Below are positions 38,679 through 52,308 of a DNA stretch of 64,000 nt, piece after piece. Origin of the DNA: Vitrella brassicaformis CCMP3155 (Eukaryota > Protista > Chromerida); the NCBI GenBank assembly GCA_001179505.1, contig CDMY01000497.1, forward strand, positions 955-64,954. Direction: 5' to 3'. The notes beneath the pieces were generated by a model. It did no database searches. It was not told the DNA's origin and was given only the letters and a program-made list of their open reading frames with translations. The translations under genes and the position numbers were made by a program. Within the stretch, counting starts at the first letter, position 1. Every line of letters starts with the position of its first letter.

Positions 38679-39473
38679 ATGCAGATCTTCATGAAGACTT
38701 TCAATGGTACGACCCGCTGATGTCCGGTGCTCTCTCTGTTTTACCATGCGCTGCCATGCAGGCGGGTGGTGCACACTGGATGTGGAACCGTTTACCACCG
38801 TCGAGGAGCTCAAGGTCGAGATTGAGGACAAGGTGGGCGTCCGGCCCTCCCAGGTCGACCAGTTCTGGGAGGGGTGCCTATTGCTCGGGCCCCGCCAGAT
38901 CCCCATAGGCGGGAACAAACGCACACTGGCGGACTACAACATCGGTCCGGAGTCCTCACTGAACTTGATTGCGTGGGTCAGAGCGGACATGTTCCACAAG
39001 ACCAGGTGAGGGCGACACACACTGGCGGCAGAAAGGCGCCCAGGGATTGGTTGACACATGCCGTGTTTGTGTGTGTGTGTATGTATGTGTGGTTGATGCA
39101 GGGGTCGTCATGGGTTCGGCCTTGACCTCGTTGTGCAGCGGGACGACACTGAAGAGGAAATCAACAACAAGGAGGACGAAAACCAGCAGGTGGAATGAGT
39201 GGACCATTAGCAAGGCATCTGTGGAAGTGTTCCTCTCTGTCGGTGCAGGTGAAGGCCGCCGACGGAGTGGTGCCCGTTCAGCCAGCCGATGACGATGACG
39301 CTTTGCAAGATATTCGGAACACTTTCGAGATGATAAAGGACGCCTTCAATGTGCTGGAGGCCAAGAACAGTCAGCTGCAGGGCGAGAACAATAAGCTAAA
39401 GGCCGAGAACAAGAAATTGAAGGCCGAGAACAAGCAGCTGCAGGGACAGCTGAATGCCGCCAAGCAGCAGTAG
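38679..39473 (+). CDS. Ubiquitin-like-domain protein with C-terminal coiled coil; 4 exons
   Basis: MQIFMKTFN|GGWCTLDVEPFTTVEELKVEIEDKVGVRPSQ..RTLADYNIGPESSLNL is a ubiquitin fold. All junctions are in phase; the tail carries heptads ENNKLKA ENKKLKA ENKQLQG. Confidence 0.8.
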
Positions 39474-39824
39474 CCACCCAGCAGCAGTAGCAGCAGTCGT
39501 CAATTTTCATTGTGTCGTGTGGTGCCGTGTGGGCGTTTCGGCTGTGTTTCTGTCTGTGAGCCCGTGCGGATTGACTCATCGTGGTACTTCCGTTGATGAC
39601 ATGCACTGGTTTCGTAGCCACCTGACTGCCTGCCTGACTGCCTGCCGTCAACCGGCCTTTTCTTATCACAGAGAGGCAGTGGCTGAGGGAGAGAGGGAGG
39701 GGAGGGGATGGGATGCTCGTGTGTCGTTCCCTCACCCATGAGTGGCGGACGGATATCTATCGATGGACCGGTCTGTCTGTCTGTATTGTGTTGATGCAGT
39801 CAGTGGTGCTTTGCTTTGTGTACT

Positions 39825-40050
39825 GGGCATCGGACTGACTGCATGGGCAGGGAGGCGTTACATGCATAGACAATACCCGGTAGCTGATGTCATTGGATTG
39901 AATCTTTTTATCCCTAACATACAAAGTCAACTCACCATCCCGATCTACCTGCCTAGCCAATGTACTGCCTACTGATGCGTTCCCATTACGAGAAACAGAC
40001 AAGACACACGCATGGGAATCAGTCAAACAATCATCGGCTACCGCCACGGC
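39825..40050 (+). repeat. ~230-bp non-coding repeat, copy 1 (copy 2 at 61933-62157)
   Basis: GGGCATCGGACTGACTGCATGGGCAGGGAGGCGTTACATG...TCATCGGCTAC is shared with few differences. Confidence 0.85.
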
Positions 40051-40417
40051 TAATGGCTCAAGGCATCTAGATAGTGATCATGAATGTATTTTTATGTCGT
40101 CTCTGTGTTTCTGTGTGTCTGTGTGTTTGTGTGTCTGTGCGCCTGTCCCTTTCCCTCCCTTCCATCGCAACACAAACCCTTGACCCTAGAGGAGTCAAAA
40201 CCCTTGGTTTTGTCGGCGGCGGACTGACGGGAGGGACCACCTCCTCTCCCGATCTTTCCCAATCGAAGCGAACACACGGCCGCCGGAGGCAGCCGACCAC
40301 GCGATCTTGTCAGGAACATTCACGGGAAGAACGAAGAGGTGACACACAACACATCCATCCATCCATCCATTTCGTCATGCACCACGGTCCGGTCCTCTTC
40401 CCTCCATCAGATCATAG

Positions 40418-43070
40418 ATGTCGGGCGTTGAGGCCGAGGCCGAGAAGGATATCGACATGGCAAACGAATCGGTTAGCGAACGATGATTCAACAAACGACA
40501 CCCGGGCATCTTCCGTGTGGGATTGGATGCATTTGCCAGGATGAGGTCGTTGGCGTTGGTTTGGCTCAGCTCGAGTCCGAGTGTGTGTATGAAGTCGGCG
40601 ACTTCCTCACCACCATCGAGCGCAAGCCGCTCTCACTCGTGTGCCACCAGCTGCACCATAAGACCACCGACGCGTCATACGGCATCCTTTACCGTGACCT
40701 CACCATCTCCATGCTCGAACACAACTACTGGAAGAAGATCAACCTCACAGGCACACTCAAAACACGACTGGTGGGTGGGCGGATGGGCGGGAGGAGGGAA
40801 AGGCATGGATGTCGAGTGGATGGATGGTTTTCTGTATGTGTGTGTGGGGGGGTCAGAGCAAGATCAACACGGCATTCATCGAGACCGACAACGACAAGGA
40901 TGTGCTGCCGTCTGTAGTGGAGGGCATCGAGGCGTCCAACGCCACACTCAGCTACATCGGTGTGGACGACCCGGAGCGTTGGTGCCAGTGCCACAACAAC
41001 CGATACGGCAACAGGGAGGGGGCGGGGGAGGGAGAGGGGGCGGGGGAGGGGGGTAGGGAGCCAGTGGTGTTTGAGAAGACCCAGCAGCTACACCTGACGG
41101 ATACACGATACCTAGACCTAGCCGAGTAAGGGGAAGAGGGGCGGGAGGGGCTGCAGAGATGCAAATCTTTTGGTTTGTGGTGTGTGTTGGTGTGTCGTCT
41201 TAGGGATCGCAAGTGGGCGTTTCCGAGTCTGGAGGTGCTGAGTGTGGGCAGGGTGTGCCAGGAGTTTGTCGACAAGTGCAACCACCTGCCGGCCGTCACC
41301 CACATCGTGTCAGCTTCGCCGAAGATCACCTCCATCACGGCCGACGTCATCGAAGTCACGGACGGGGACGAGTGGCAGGCGTTCACAAGGTACATGGAAG
41401 ACTGACACGCATCCTTATGCTGTTCGGTCACACATACATCTTTTCTTGCCTCTGTGTGTCTGTATGCGCGTATGCGCGCGTGTGTGTCAGTTCGCTGAGC
41501 GGCTGCCCCAAGCTCACGAGCATCAGCGGCCTCCACCTCGTCCCGCCCAAAAAGGACTTTTGGGCGGACTACAGTGAACCTGAGTGAGCAGGGCGGAAAG
41601 ATAGATGGGAGGGAGGTAGAAACACACCATGTCGTATGCGTCTGTGGTGGTCCGTGTCAGTCCCGTTGAGTACATCTACGATCCGCTGGGCCGCCTCACC
41701 ACGGCACTCGACACCAACTGGCGCACCGATGACATGAAAGGTAGGTGGGTGGGTGGGGGTGGGCAGATTAAGACCACACACAGGGAGGGACTCTTTGCTA
41801 CATGTGTCATCTGTGCTGTGCAGGTGTGGACAAGACCATCACCATTCACCATCGCTTCTCGTTTGGCGCCGACTTCAGCCGCCAGCTGACCGACCGCAGC
41901 GGCCCCAACCACTTCGTGCTCCAGGACCTGCTCAACTGGGCCGAGGAGACCAAATGCCAAATCGTGTGGATGCCACGGTCGGTGAGATGCAGGGGGGAAC
42001 GAACCGCAGACAGAGACGGGCACATGCTCCGTGTGTGTGTGTGTGTGTGTGTGTTTTGTGCAGTGAGGACGACCGTTTCAACTTTTTCGAGTCTTCCATC
42101 CTGGACAAGTTCAGCCCGCCGCAGTGTGACGACATCGTCATTGACTGCGGCAAGGAGGCCCGGGACACAACACCTCCGGCCCCGCACGGACCTGTAGGCC
42201 AACTCATCGCCAATCTGACGAAAAATGCGACGCGGTGAGAGAGGGGTGTATAGGGGAGGGAGGTGCAGCACACGGCCTGAAGCAAAATGTCTGCCCTGCT
42301 CCTTTTTCCGTTCCTTCTCTCGCAGGTGAAGTTTGTGTACGGCGGTGCCCCTCTGCACGACACGTGGGGGCAGCTGCTCACATTTCCCTCCGCCACCAAG
42401 CTCTCCATCCACCCCCGCGACGACACCACCGCCGTCCGCCAGGTGGTGAGCAGCATCCCCAATTGGCTCGTGGCCAAGGACCAGAACGGCAACAGCACCC
42501 ATCTGCCGGCCATCCAGCACCTCTACATCGACATCAGTCCTCGGCATGGCAACAGCGTCATGCCGACCGGTGCTGAGGCTGCCAGGCTGGAGCAGCTGCT
42601 GGGCAACCTGGCGGCGGTGCGTGAGGTGTGGCTGGGGGCAAAGAGCCTCCGCGCCGTGGCGCAGTGTGTGTCGTATCTGCATGCCCGTGAGTTAGATGAG
42701 CTGCACATCAGCCTGGGGCCGGAGCTGTTGTCAGATGCGCTGCCCGACTCATCACACGTGCCCGTGCCTAGCCTAGCCTACCCTTCCGTCAAGTCGCTGC
42801 GTGTGTCGAATGACTTTAGTAAGATCAGCAAGGGGTGCGCGCGGTCTGTCTTGTCTCTGCTCATGTCCATCAAGCCAGCCAAAGCCAGCATCGATCTGAA
42901 GCTCAGCACAGAGTCACTCGCACCAGGCCAGGGCCAAGACAACGGCTTCGACGAGTATGTCTCTGCTTCCCTCAAGGATTTGCGGCTGGAAGCAGAGAGG
43001 AGGGTGGGGTCGGCCTACGATGTGGTGTCGTCTGTGTGTAATGAGGGTAGCATCTCGTTGCGCATGTGGC
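40418..43070 (+). CDS. Lineage-specific F-box-like protein, family C copy 1; 3' end in gap; possible frameshift at ~42221
   Basis: The N-terminal LAQLESECVYEVGDFLTTIERKPLSLVCHQLH resembles an F-box. Exons align with 58953-61668. A5 here versus A6 in copy 2 puts the next exon out of frame. Confidence 0.6.
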
Positions 43071-43370
43071 NNNNNNNNNNNNNNNNNNNNNNNNNNNNNN
43101 NNNNNNNNNNNNNNNNNNNNNNNNNNNNNNNNNNNNNNNNNNNNNNNNNNNNNNNNNNNNNNNNNNNNNNNNNNNNNNNNNNNNNNNNNNNNNNNNNNNN
43201 NNNNNNNNNNNNNNNNNNNNNNNNNNNNNNNNNNNNNNNNNNNNNNNNNNNNNNNNNNNNNNNNNNNNNNNNNNNNNNNNNNNNNNNNNNNNNNNNNNNN
43301 NNNNNNNNNNNNNNNNNNNNNNNNNNNNNNNNNNNNNNNNNNNNNNNNNNNNNNNNNNNNNNNNNNNNNN
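43071..43370. other. Assembly gap (300 N)
   Basis: Run of N. Confidence 1.
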
Positions 43371-45560
43371 CCACTGGAGCGGCGAGCCTCCACCCATCGA
43401 TGAGAAACCGGTAGGAGTCACAAACGATGAGTCTCACATATCAAACCATCACCTGTGCGTCTTCTCGCTGTCTGCCTGTCACTCTATAGGCCCGTCGTCT
43501 GCCTCCGACATCCTCGCCAACGTCCTCGGCCACCTGCAGCCATGGGAGCTGGCCCGCCACCGACGGCACCTTGGCAAGGCCCTCTTCCAGCAGTCGGCCG
43601 CCAACTACACAGAGCTGGTCATCAGCTGTGAGGACGCTGAGGAGCGACGGCTGTGGGCGGCCATGCCACTGGCCACCGCACACAAGTGGGGCCGGCGGAT
43701 GACGCATTTGAAGCGTCTGAGGGTCCGCGCCCCATTCGACCGGCCTGGCTGGTGTCTGGGTAAGTATGCGCACCCACCAGTGCAGCAGAAGTGCAGGTCT
43801 CACTCACCCTCGTGTGCTATCGTGGATGCGTTCTGTCAGGACATTTGGTCGCCGTCACTGAGGGCCATGCCGACGGGCGGGCGGCGCTCGCGGCGAAACA
43901 GCAGCAGCAGCAGCAGCACTCGGCGGAGAGCGAGGCGAGCGGCGGCGTGGCCATCTCAATGCAGAGCGGTGACGACGGCACGCTAGAAGAGCTGTCATTC
44001 GAGAGTGTGCCGATCCCGGCCCCTCCCCCCACACCTGGGCCCCTCCCGGCCCCCTCGCCCATCAAGACCATCAACCTCCCCGCTCTCACGACCGTCACTG
44101 CCGTCCCGCAGGAGGTCGCCCGCATCCGCACGGACCGCTCGTGGCTGACGCCCAACCTCTCCACCCTCACCTTTGAGAGAGAGGTGGACCCAGAGGCTGT
44201 CAAGGAGTGGGTCAAGGGATGCAAGGGGTTCCACGAGCTGGGGATTGGGGGTCTGTCGGTGGAGGCGACTCAGGAGGTTCTGCGCGTCCTGCCGGAGGAC
44301 GGCAAGCCCCCCTCGCAGCTGCGGTCACTCGGAGGCATCGAGGTGTGGTTGGCCGATGCTGACGCCATCCGCCGGCTGCGCGAGACACTGGTGGCGCGGG
44401 GGGCCAAGGGCACGCTCGACTTCAGCTCCCTGCACATCTTCCCGCCGCGAGAGCCGAGCTGGGACGAGTATCGCCAGATGACCGGAGACCGCGATCGGAT
44501 CAAGGAACTGGCAAAGCTCACGTAAGCACGACAGCGGGGGGATCAGAGAGGACAGTAAGTACTGGCGAATGTGTCTGTCTGGTGCTGTGTCTGGCATTCA
44601 TCCAGGGCCGACGTGGTGGATGCTGATCCCCTGAAGCAGCCCATTCGCCGCTGCCGTGGCGGTGGGGGTGACATCGCTGCCGGGCTGGTGACCTGGGCCC
44701 ACCGTCACCGCTGCCCCTGGGTGCGCAAGATCGTCGACTACCTGGCCGGCGGGGCGTTGAGAGTGGTGGTATCGGGAGACGAGAGGACGGCAGCGACCAT
44801 CACCAACGACACATTCCCCATCGCCGTGCAGGTGCAGGTCGAAGCGGGCGCCCTCACGACGGCAGAGAAGCGTGCGCCAGCCGCCAGCATCGCCTCCGTC
44901 ATCGCGATGGGGAGTGTATGGAGCGCGATGGGGGCTGGACGGATGACCCTCACCGTGGGCAGTTTGTCATCGCCATTGACATCCGCTGTCGGTGTGGTGG
45001 ACTTCCTGACTGCCCTCAAGTCGACCATGAACATCACCGAGGGTGCACCGGACCTCCAGCTGCACGTGTCGTCGGCCGCGGTGTCGGGTGCTGGAGGGAC
45101 CAGTGGGTGGGAGCTCGGGGGCCGTGCGGCCGATATGTTGAGGAAGGTCCAATTCACTGTTTACGGTAGGCCTCAGACAGTCGTGTGACTCGATGGGTGT
45201 ATGTATGTGTGTATGGCGGGATCTGTGTGTGTGTCACGTTCAGGTGAGGTGGATGACGGCGAGTGTGGCCCGCTTTTTTGCAATGCCATCGACGTACTCG
45301 CGTCGTGCACACAACTCAAGGTCGTCAGCCGAGCAGCAGATCCAAGGGACGCTCTCATGTGCCACTCTGTCCGTTTGGTTCGTTCCTTGCAGGGCGTCGA
45401 TGACGTGACCATTTGTTTCCAGAGCGGCAGTCTCGCCAGCAAGATGCGGCAGTGGTGGCAGCGTTTGCCTATCGAAGCGCCTGAGGGATTCCACAGGGAT
45501 TTCAGTAGGGGGTCTCTGAATTTCCAGCGCGGCAGCCCAAAGTCGACGTGGCCACAGGTA
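43371..45560 (+). CDS. Lineage-specific F-box-like hypothetical protein, family B copy 2 (5' end in gap)
   Basis: Exon-by-exon paralogue of 31880-34081 (e.g. ILANVLGHLQPWELARHRRHLGKALF). Confidence 0.6.
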
Positions 45561-48149
45561 CTCAGCAATGTGTTGCTATATCGATGTCAGCGATGAGCGG
45601 CCGGCCTGTGGTTGGTAGTGTAGATGCCCGTCGATCGTCTCTCTCTCTCTCTCTCTCTTTATCTCCGTGTGCTGCATATGTGTATGTGTTTGTTTTATGT
45701 TTGGTGGGCAGTGACTGGCTGACGGGCACTCACTTGAGTGAGATTTCCGTCATGCTGGTGACGGCTCGTCACCCGCATCCATCTCGCGAGTGACATACTC
45801 ACACCAGACACCACACACACATACATCCACGCATGTCAAGAGAGGGGGGGAGGGAGGGAGGGCTGTGTGTGCTGACTGACTCGGTGGGTCCTGGCGCCTG
45901 GCGCCTGGCGCCTGGATGGATGGATGGATGGAGGTATGTATGCATGTTGGTCTCCCTCTCCCTCTCCCTCTCCCTCTTCCTCTTGGCTGTCTGCCCACCT
46001 CACTCCCTGGTTTAAGAAATCAAACCGCGACCTTTTTCGGCTCTCTCTCGCCTCGACAACGGACATACATACGTATGGCGGCCCCTGTGTCCACACATTG
46101 ACGGGCTGACTGACTGACTGACCGACTGGCGTCCGTCCATCCATCCGTGAGCCTGTCAGTCAGTGTGTCGGTGGCTCGCTCTCTGCCATGATCACAAATT
46201 CACCCAGGCAGTGAGTTTTGGGTGGATGCACGACACATGCAGATATACAGACGAACGGACGAGTCGTTGTTTGATGGATGACGGCTCCAAGGTGCCTAGG
46301 TATCTACTGGCTGCATCCATACAACACGTAAATGATGGGCCGGGACAGAGCAGCATCCCCCCCTCACTTGTCCGTGTGCATATACTCACTGGTCCATACT
46401 GCCTGGCAGAGAGAAGAGGCAGAGGTGCGGCTGCTCACACAGGGGGGGCGGGGCTATATATATATAAACGAACCACTGCGACCCGTCAGGCCGATATCTT
46501 TATTTATCTTGCCATTCGGTGCGTACACGTATACCGTATGTATTTGTTGCCCAGCTGCCTGTGCATCGGGCGGCCGCCAAGGGTCGGTGCGTGGGTGGGT
46601 TTATATGCATGTGTCGATAGCAGTGAGGGTGGCTGGACGGTGGAAACGTGTTCCTGGCTGTTTGCCATTTATTTGACTCGACGGACAAACACACGAACGG
46701 GCGGATGGAATGCGAGCAGACAGGCAGGCCATTGCAATTTTGAGCTGGCATGTAAGCGGCCTGCCTATGCACATCCAGTCACCGTACTCACGCGCTCGCC
46801 TCTTTTCGTCCCCTCTGAGCGTTCCTCTCTCTCTCATTTTTGTGCGTGTAATTAAGTGGTCGTCATGCATTCGAGCGGCCTGACACCCATCTGTCTGTCT
46901 GTCTGTCGTCATGATGAACCATTCCGGTGCGTTTTAAGTCGTGCAGTGGGAGGCTGGGTGGCCATGGATGGATGACATTAAGTCCGTCGCTCGACAGGCG
47001 CCAACATCACGATCACGTGTGTGTGTGTGTGGATGGCATTGAATGGATGGAAAGCTGCCTCGCTCTTTTTTTCCACACACATGAGACGATGGATGGACGC
47101 TGTGCGTGTGGTATACTGCTCGTACTCTCACACGTCGACGTAGTGCAAGGACGGACACAGATTCATTGGAACAGAGACACGGCCGCGTCATAAATCACAG
47201 GCACACACTCAGAATGCAGAGTTCCACGACACCAACACTGCGACTGTCCATCCATCCATCCATCACGACCGTACACAGACAGCGATTTGCTACCGAGTGC
47301 AAGACCATCAGCTCTCCACACACGAACCGTCATGCTGAGTGGTGATCACACACAAACAATCATCAATCACCTTTCCCCACACATCCAGCCATCTTCGCAG
47401 GTCTGCCTGCTCGTCACTTAGTATCACAGCCTCTAGAAGGAGTCGGTTGTGTCTTGCGCCTCTCTCTCCTCCAGTGTGCAGCAGCGGCGGCAGCAATGCC
47501 GACGTCCTACTCTGCAAAGGCGGCCATGTTCCAAACCCGCTCGCTGCACCACCAGACCATCCTGCACGTTCACACATACAGACAAAGACACAGACACACA
47601 AACACACCCGTATCTCAACAGAGTGGTCACGTGAAAAGTTGAGGGCCGCCTGCTCTTATCAATATGTCTCACCGGCAGTGGCCCAACTACCCTTCATCCA
47701 CATCACACAGCACGTTGTCTGTCCTATCTCGCTTTCTTTCTCCCTCTCGCCATCAGATTTGCAGACTTCTCCCTCCCCGTCTGTCTGCATCTTCTGCCGA
47801 ATCCGTATGGCCTCAGCCCTCACCTGCGGGGTCCATCGCACCAAACCACACAATGCATACACGCTCTGTCTGTATCCGTGTGCCTGCGTCACCTGAGGGG
47901 TGATGTATGCATACCGTGGCGCGTTGAAGGCTTCTTCCTTTGCGCCAGAGCCGGGCGCTTATACTGTAGCTTTACACCGCGCCGCAGACAGCCACAGGGC
48001 TCTTGGACGCTATCACAGATGCCAACTTGAGCGCACCATCTGAATGAATAAACGTCCACTCAAAGTGTCTTCTGCCAGCGGGGCCGGTTGTCAATTACGC
48101 ACCTCTCATGGCTTCGGCAGTCGGCTCTGTCGCGCTGACCAGCCCGCGG

Positions 48150-49700
48150 TCATACGCCTTTACTCAACCATGACGACCCACCCACACCCACATTCCTCCC
48201 TCCGTGCCGACCTCTCGTGTGCGTCAAGCCGGGGGGAAGTGTAGGCAAGCCCACGAACCTGACAGACAGACAGACATGCACACACAATGAATAGATCAGA
48301 CTGACGTGCAAACCCATCCATCCTTTCTTCCTGCAGCCTATCTTCTCGCCCATCCCTCCCCTCCAGTGCGTGACCTGACCTGCTCTCCTTGCCGCACACA
48401 CACGGGCATCTAATCATCTGTTCACTCTGCTGATAACAAGGAAGGGAAGCCACGGACGCACCACAGCCACAGCTGCACACGTGTGTATGCGGCTCTCACT
48501 GACTGATGGTCTCCACCACTACTCCCGGGAGGGAAAGAGCCTTAGAGCCTCAAAGCCGTGCAAATCAACAAAGCGCCAGATCACCGCTCCCCGTTTCAGA
48601 TCGCCACACCCACGCCAATTCCTAAACTCCCCGTAAACACAAACATCACGTAAAGGTCTCGAAATCTCTTCCATCCGTTTGCGAGCTAGGCTCGCACACG
48701 CGAAGATCTCCGCTCCCCATCCAGACCTACCGGACACATTCAGGCACTGAGGACGTGTGAGATGTGATGCTGTGGATTGCTGACTCAGCTTCTCACCTGA
48801 CCACCTGACGGTGCGCATTTTATATATGCTCCGCTCATCCCTCCCTCTCAGACGTCTGGTGACCCACACGGCGCGGCGTCCCGTTGGCCTCTCAGACACC
48901 GCCCGCTCATTACGTACTGCAGAACCGCCCTTGCCGGTCTCTCCTTCCGAGTCAACTGACTGAAGACGTCGATGGACAGCGGCCGTATGAGAGGGTCCCT
49001 GAGGTCTTGCTCCTCTGATGCAGTGGCGGGCAGCTGCGGTGGCCGCCAAGGCACTTCGCCGATGGCATCCCATGGACAGCAGCCGCATAGCCGCATAATG
49101 CTGTCTCATGCGGCGTCTGGCGCACTCGACAGAATCTCTCAGTTGCCCGCGTCGTTGATCAGGACTTGTTGGTCCTCTGCTGCTTCCCTCCGCTGCACAC
49201 ACAGCGTCGCGAGATCATGTGCGCCGTGTGTTTGTCGGTGCGGTTGTGCTTGACCAAATGCGTCTTCTTGCCGCCGTTGTCGGTGTGCAGGTGCCGATCA
49301 GATTGACGTCCCTGTCGGGGAGATGACCAGGAATATTTGCGCGCTTCACTGGCTGAAGATCCGTCCCCCTTTCGTGAGCGTCTTAGCGTCGGCGCAGTGA
49401 CAGAGATGCGGTGCTCTGCCACATCGCCCACGTAGAGCGAGATGATTGGGGCACTTCCTCAGAAAGAGCTGCCAGATCTGCCGAGGAAGGCAGACAGACA
49501 GGCAGACAGACAGAGAAGGAAGCCTCCATCCGCCCACAGCATCGCACCGCATCATCCAGCCTTTCCCCTCCCCTCCCCTCCCCTCCCTCTCTCTGTGTGT
49601 CTGACAGTTCCGACTCCATCAGCGCAGGAGATCTCTGCCGATCTCCTCTCCGTCAGGGCTCCGAGTGCTGCCGCCCAAGGTACACACCGAGGACAAGAGG
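48150..49700 (-). repeat. ~1.5 kb duplicated block with coding-like relic sequence, copy 2
   Basis: Aligns by eye with 36941-38500. Confidence 0.7.
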
Positions 49701-49895
49701 GAAACAACTGATTGCGCACATGTCTCACCATCCACACACGTGCATTTTCTCCCTCTACTGTGCCTGCCTGTCATTTCAGGTTTCGTCGCATCTTGTGCCG
49801 CTTTCGAGGTCGAGAGCATCCCCCGCGACGAGACCAGGCAGGCCAGGAGGGCGCGGCTGGGCATGGAGGGCCTCGGCGTGCATTCCCATGGTACC

Positions 49896-52308
49896 ATGGA
49901 CAAATCCAAGGCAGCCGACGCCAAGTCACGGGGCAACGCGGCCTTTCAGAGGCAGGACTACACATTGGCCGCCGAGTGCTACACCGAGGCCATCAGCCAC
50001 GACCCCACCGACAGCGTCCTGTACTCAAACCGCAGCGCCGCCTATGCCTCGCTCAACGAATTCACAAAGGCGCTGCAAGACGCCGACAAGTGCGTGCAAC
50101 TCAAGGGCGACTGGGCCAAGGTGAATCGATCAACAGGGTGGGGATGCACACACGCACACACGCAGACAGACACATAGAAGAGATCTGCATAGAAAGGCAT
50201 GCAATGCGTTTTGGTGACAGGGCCATGGCCGGAGGGGCTTTGCCCTGTTTCATTTGGGTCGACTGCTGGAGGCTCACCTCGCATACAATAAGGGTACGTG
50301 AGGCACATCTGGACTATGTATGTGTGTGAATATGCGTTTGATGTCTTTCTTCTGTCAGCTCTGCAAATCGAACCCGGCAACGCCAGTCTGCAGGAACGGC
50401 TCCACAGTGTCATGTGTGCCGGATCACTGACCCAGTGCTTTTCCTCCCCCCGTGAGTTCCTTCGGTACGCCCAGATGGCCTGCGAGTCCGGATCCGTCGA
50501 GAACATTGGTTCGACGATCCGCCGATCGGCCGATTTACGGGACCGCATAACCAACGTAAGACGTTAATCCATCCACCCACCCATCCACCCACCCATCCAT
50601 CCATCCATACATCCAAGCATCCATCTATCCATCCATCCACTCACCCAGCCATGCACCTATCTCCCTCTGTGTGGTGTGGTGTATTCGTGGCAGAGCCTCG
50701 GGGGCAGCATCTTCCAGGCCGCCCACGCCGACTATCTCAAGCTACGATGTGTGGCGTGCGGCAAGATCGCCCACAAGATGGCCGTCTGTAACGGCTGCAA
50801 CCTCGCCCGCTACTGCTCGTCAGAGTGTCAGCGTACCGACTGGCGTGCTCGCCACAAGGACGACTGCAAGACGGCCACCGAGTATCTGACGGCAGACTGG
50901 TCCCAGGTGCAGCACAGCCCGGCGGGGGTCATGTATGTCATGGGGTGGATGGGCAGACCGACGTTTGAGGAGACGGTGGTGTTGTCGCAGAAGGCGATAA
51001 TTAAGGAGATGGTCAAGGCAGGGGAACGCATCATCTTCACGAGCATTTGGGTCAGAGACCTGAACCAGGTGGGGGTCCAAGTGCACACACACATCGCATC
51101 ACCATCTCTCTCTCTGTCTTCCTCTCCGTGTATGTGTGGAAACCACACCCATGTATGTAGACCCGTTATTGCACGATGTATGTCACCTGCTCTACCGCCG
51201 CCCCGTCCCGCCCTCTATGTGCGTCTGAATTCACCCCGCATCCGGACGGGAAGTCTGTGGCCTCCTACAAGTACTTCAGCCTGACCCCTGTCGGCCCACG
51301 CGGCGCCGCCCCGCGGTGGCGTGCCACCACCGCCCCCGTCAGTGAGTCGCTGGCTGCCATGGAAGTCATGTGCCGCACCCTCAACGAGGCTTTCAAGACC
51401 ATCCTGGTGGAGTCTGATTTCACGCTGGTGCCGGAAGTCTCCATCGGGTGCCGCATTGAACTTCCGGCGGGTGCCCGATTCTGGCGCAAGATCACCTGTG
51501 AGGCGAGCGGCTTCAACGGCGCCGCCCACTGCTGGTGGCACTTCAATCCGATCATCATCAGTGTCAGCAAGGAGGCCCTGGTCAGTCACTCAGTCGTCGA
51601 CCCATGCTTTGCCTACCCATCTATGTATGCGTGGCCAATCTCTCTCTCTCTCTCTTTTCTCTCTCTCTCTCTCTGTGTGTATGTGTGTGTGTGTGTGTGT
51701 CTTGTCGGGTCAGATGCGTGCGTCGAGGGCTGTGTGTGGGCGTCGACTGGAGCAGCTCAAGGTGGCGGCCGATGTGTTTGAGCGCACATTTCTGGACCGT
51801 CGCGGCTCCAACTACCTCTCGCGTGATATGTGGGGGCGCCACTTCAAGGCCGTCATGGACACGCAGGTCGCCAAGGCTGCCATCGCTGGCTACTGCCAGG
51901 CCAACGTACGCGGCATGACGTGCAGACACACACAAACAAAGGCAGGCAAGGCACAGCAAGAAATGTGTTGCCTTCTTCGATGTGTAGAAAGGTGTGCGGG
52001 ACCGTCATGTGAAGTCTCAGCTCGTCAAAGAGGCACTCGCCTTCACCGACGTGTTCCGCATGCACTCCATCGAGTATGCTGAAGACGTCCAGCGGAGGGC
52101 ACGCGGTGCTGTGACGCAGTCAGAAGTGCTGGATGACTACACACAGGCCGAGGTCGATGGCGCCAAGGCTGAGCTGGCCGCCCTCGAGCCGCAGTACCCG
52201 CCAGACATAAAGGCCATCATCGATGCACCCGCGCCACAGGTCAGTGTTCAAGGAAGGAACAGGCAGACAGGGACCTGCGTGATCGTGTGGTTCGTTCAGG
52301 CCAGCTGA
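49896..52308 (+). CDS. TPR (STI1/TTC-like) + MYND zinc-finger protein, multi-exon; 3' end approximate
   Basis: [45 protein letters not shown]..|[23 protein letters not shown] is a three-TPR clamp. [33 protein letters not shown] is zf-MYND. Confidence 0.85.

Noticed and set aside
41009-41058. G-run tracts with G-quadruplex potential (also (CCCCCA)n at 10188-10218)
   Set aside because: Explained by Gly/Glu codons or intronic simple repeats, which are ubiquitous here.
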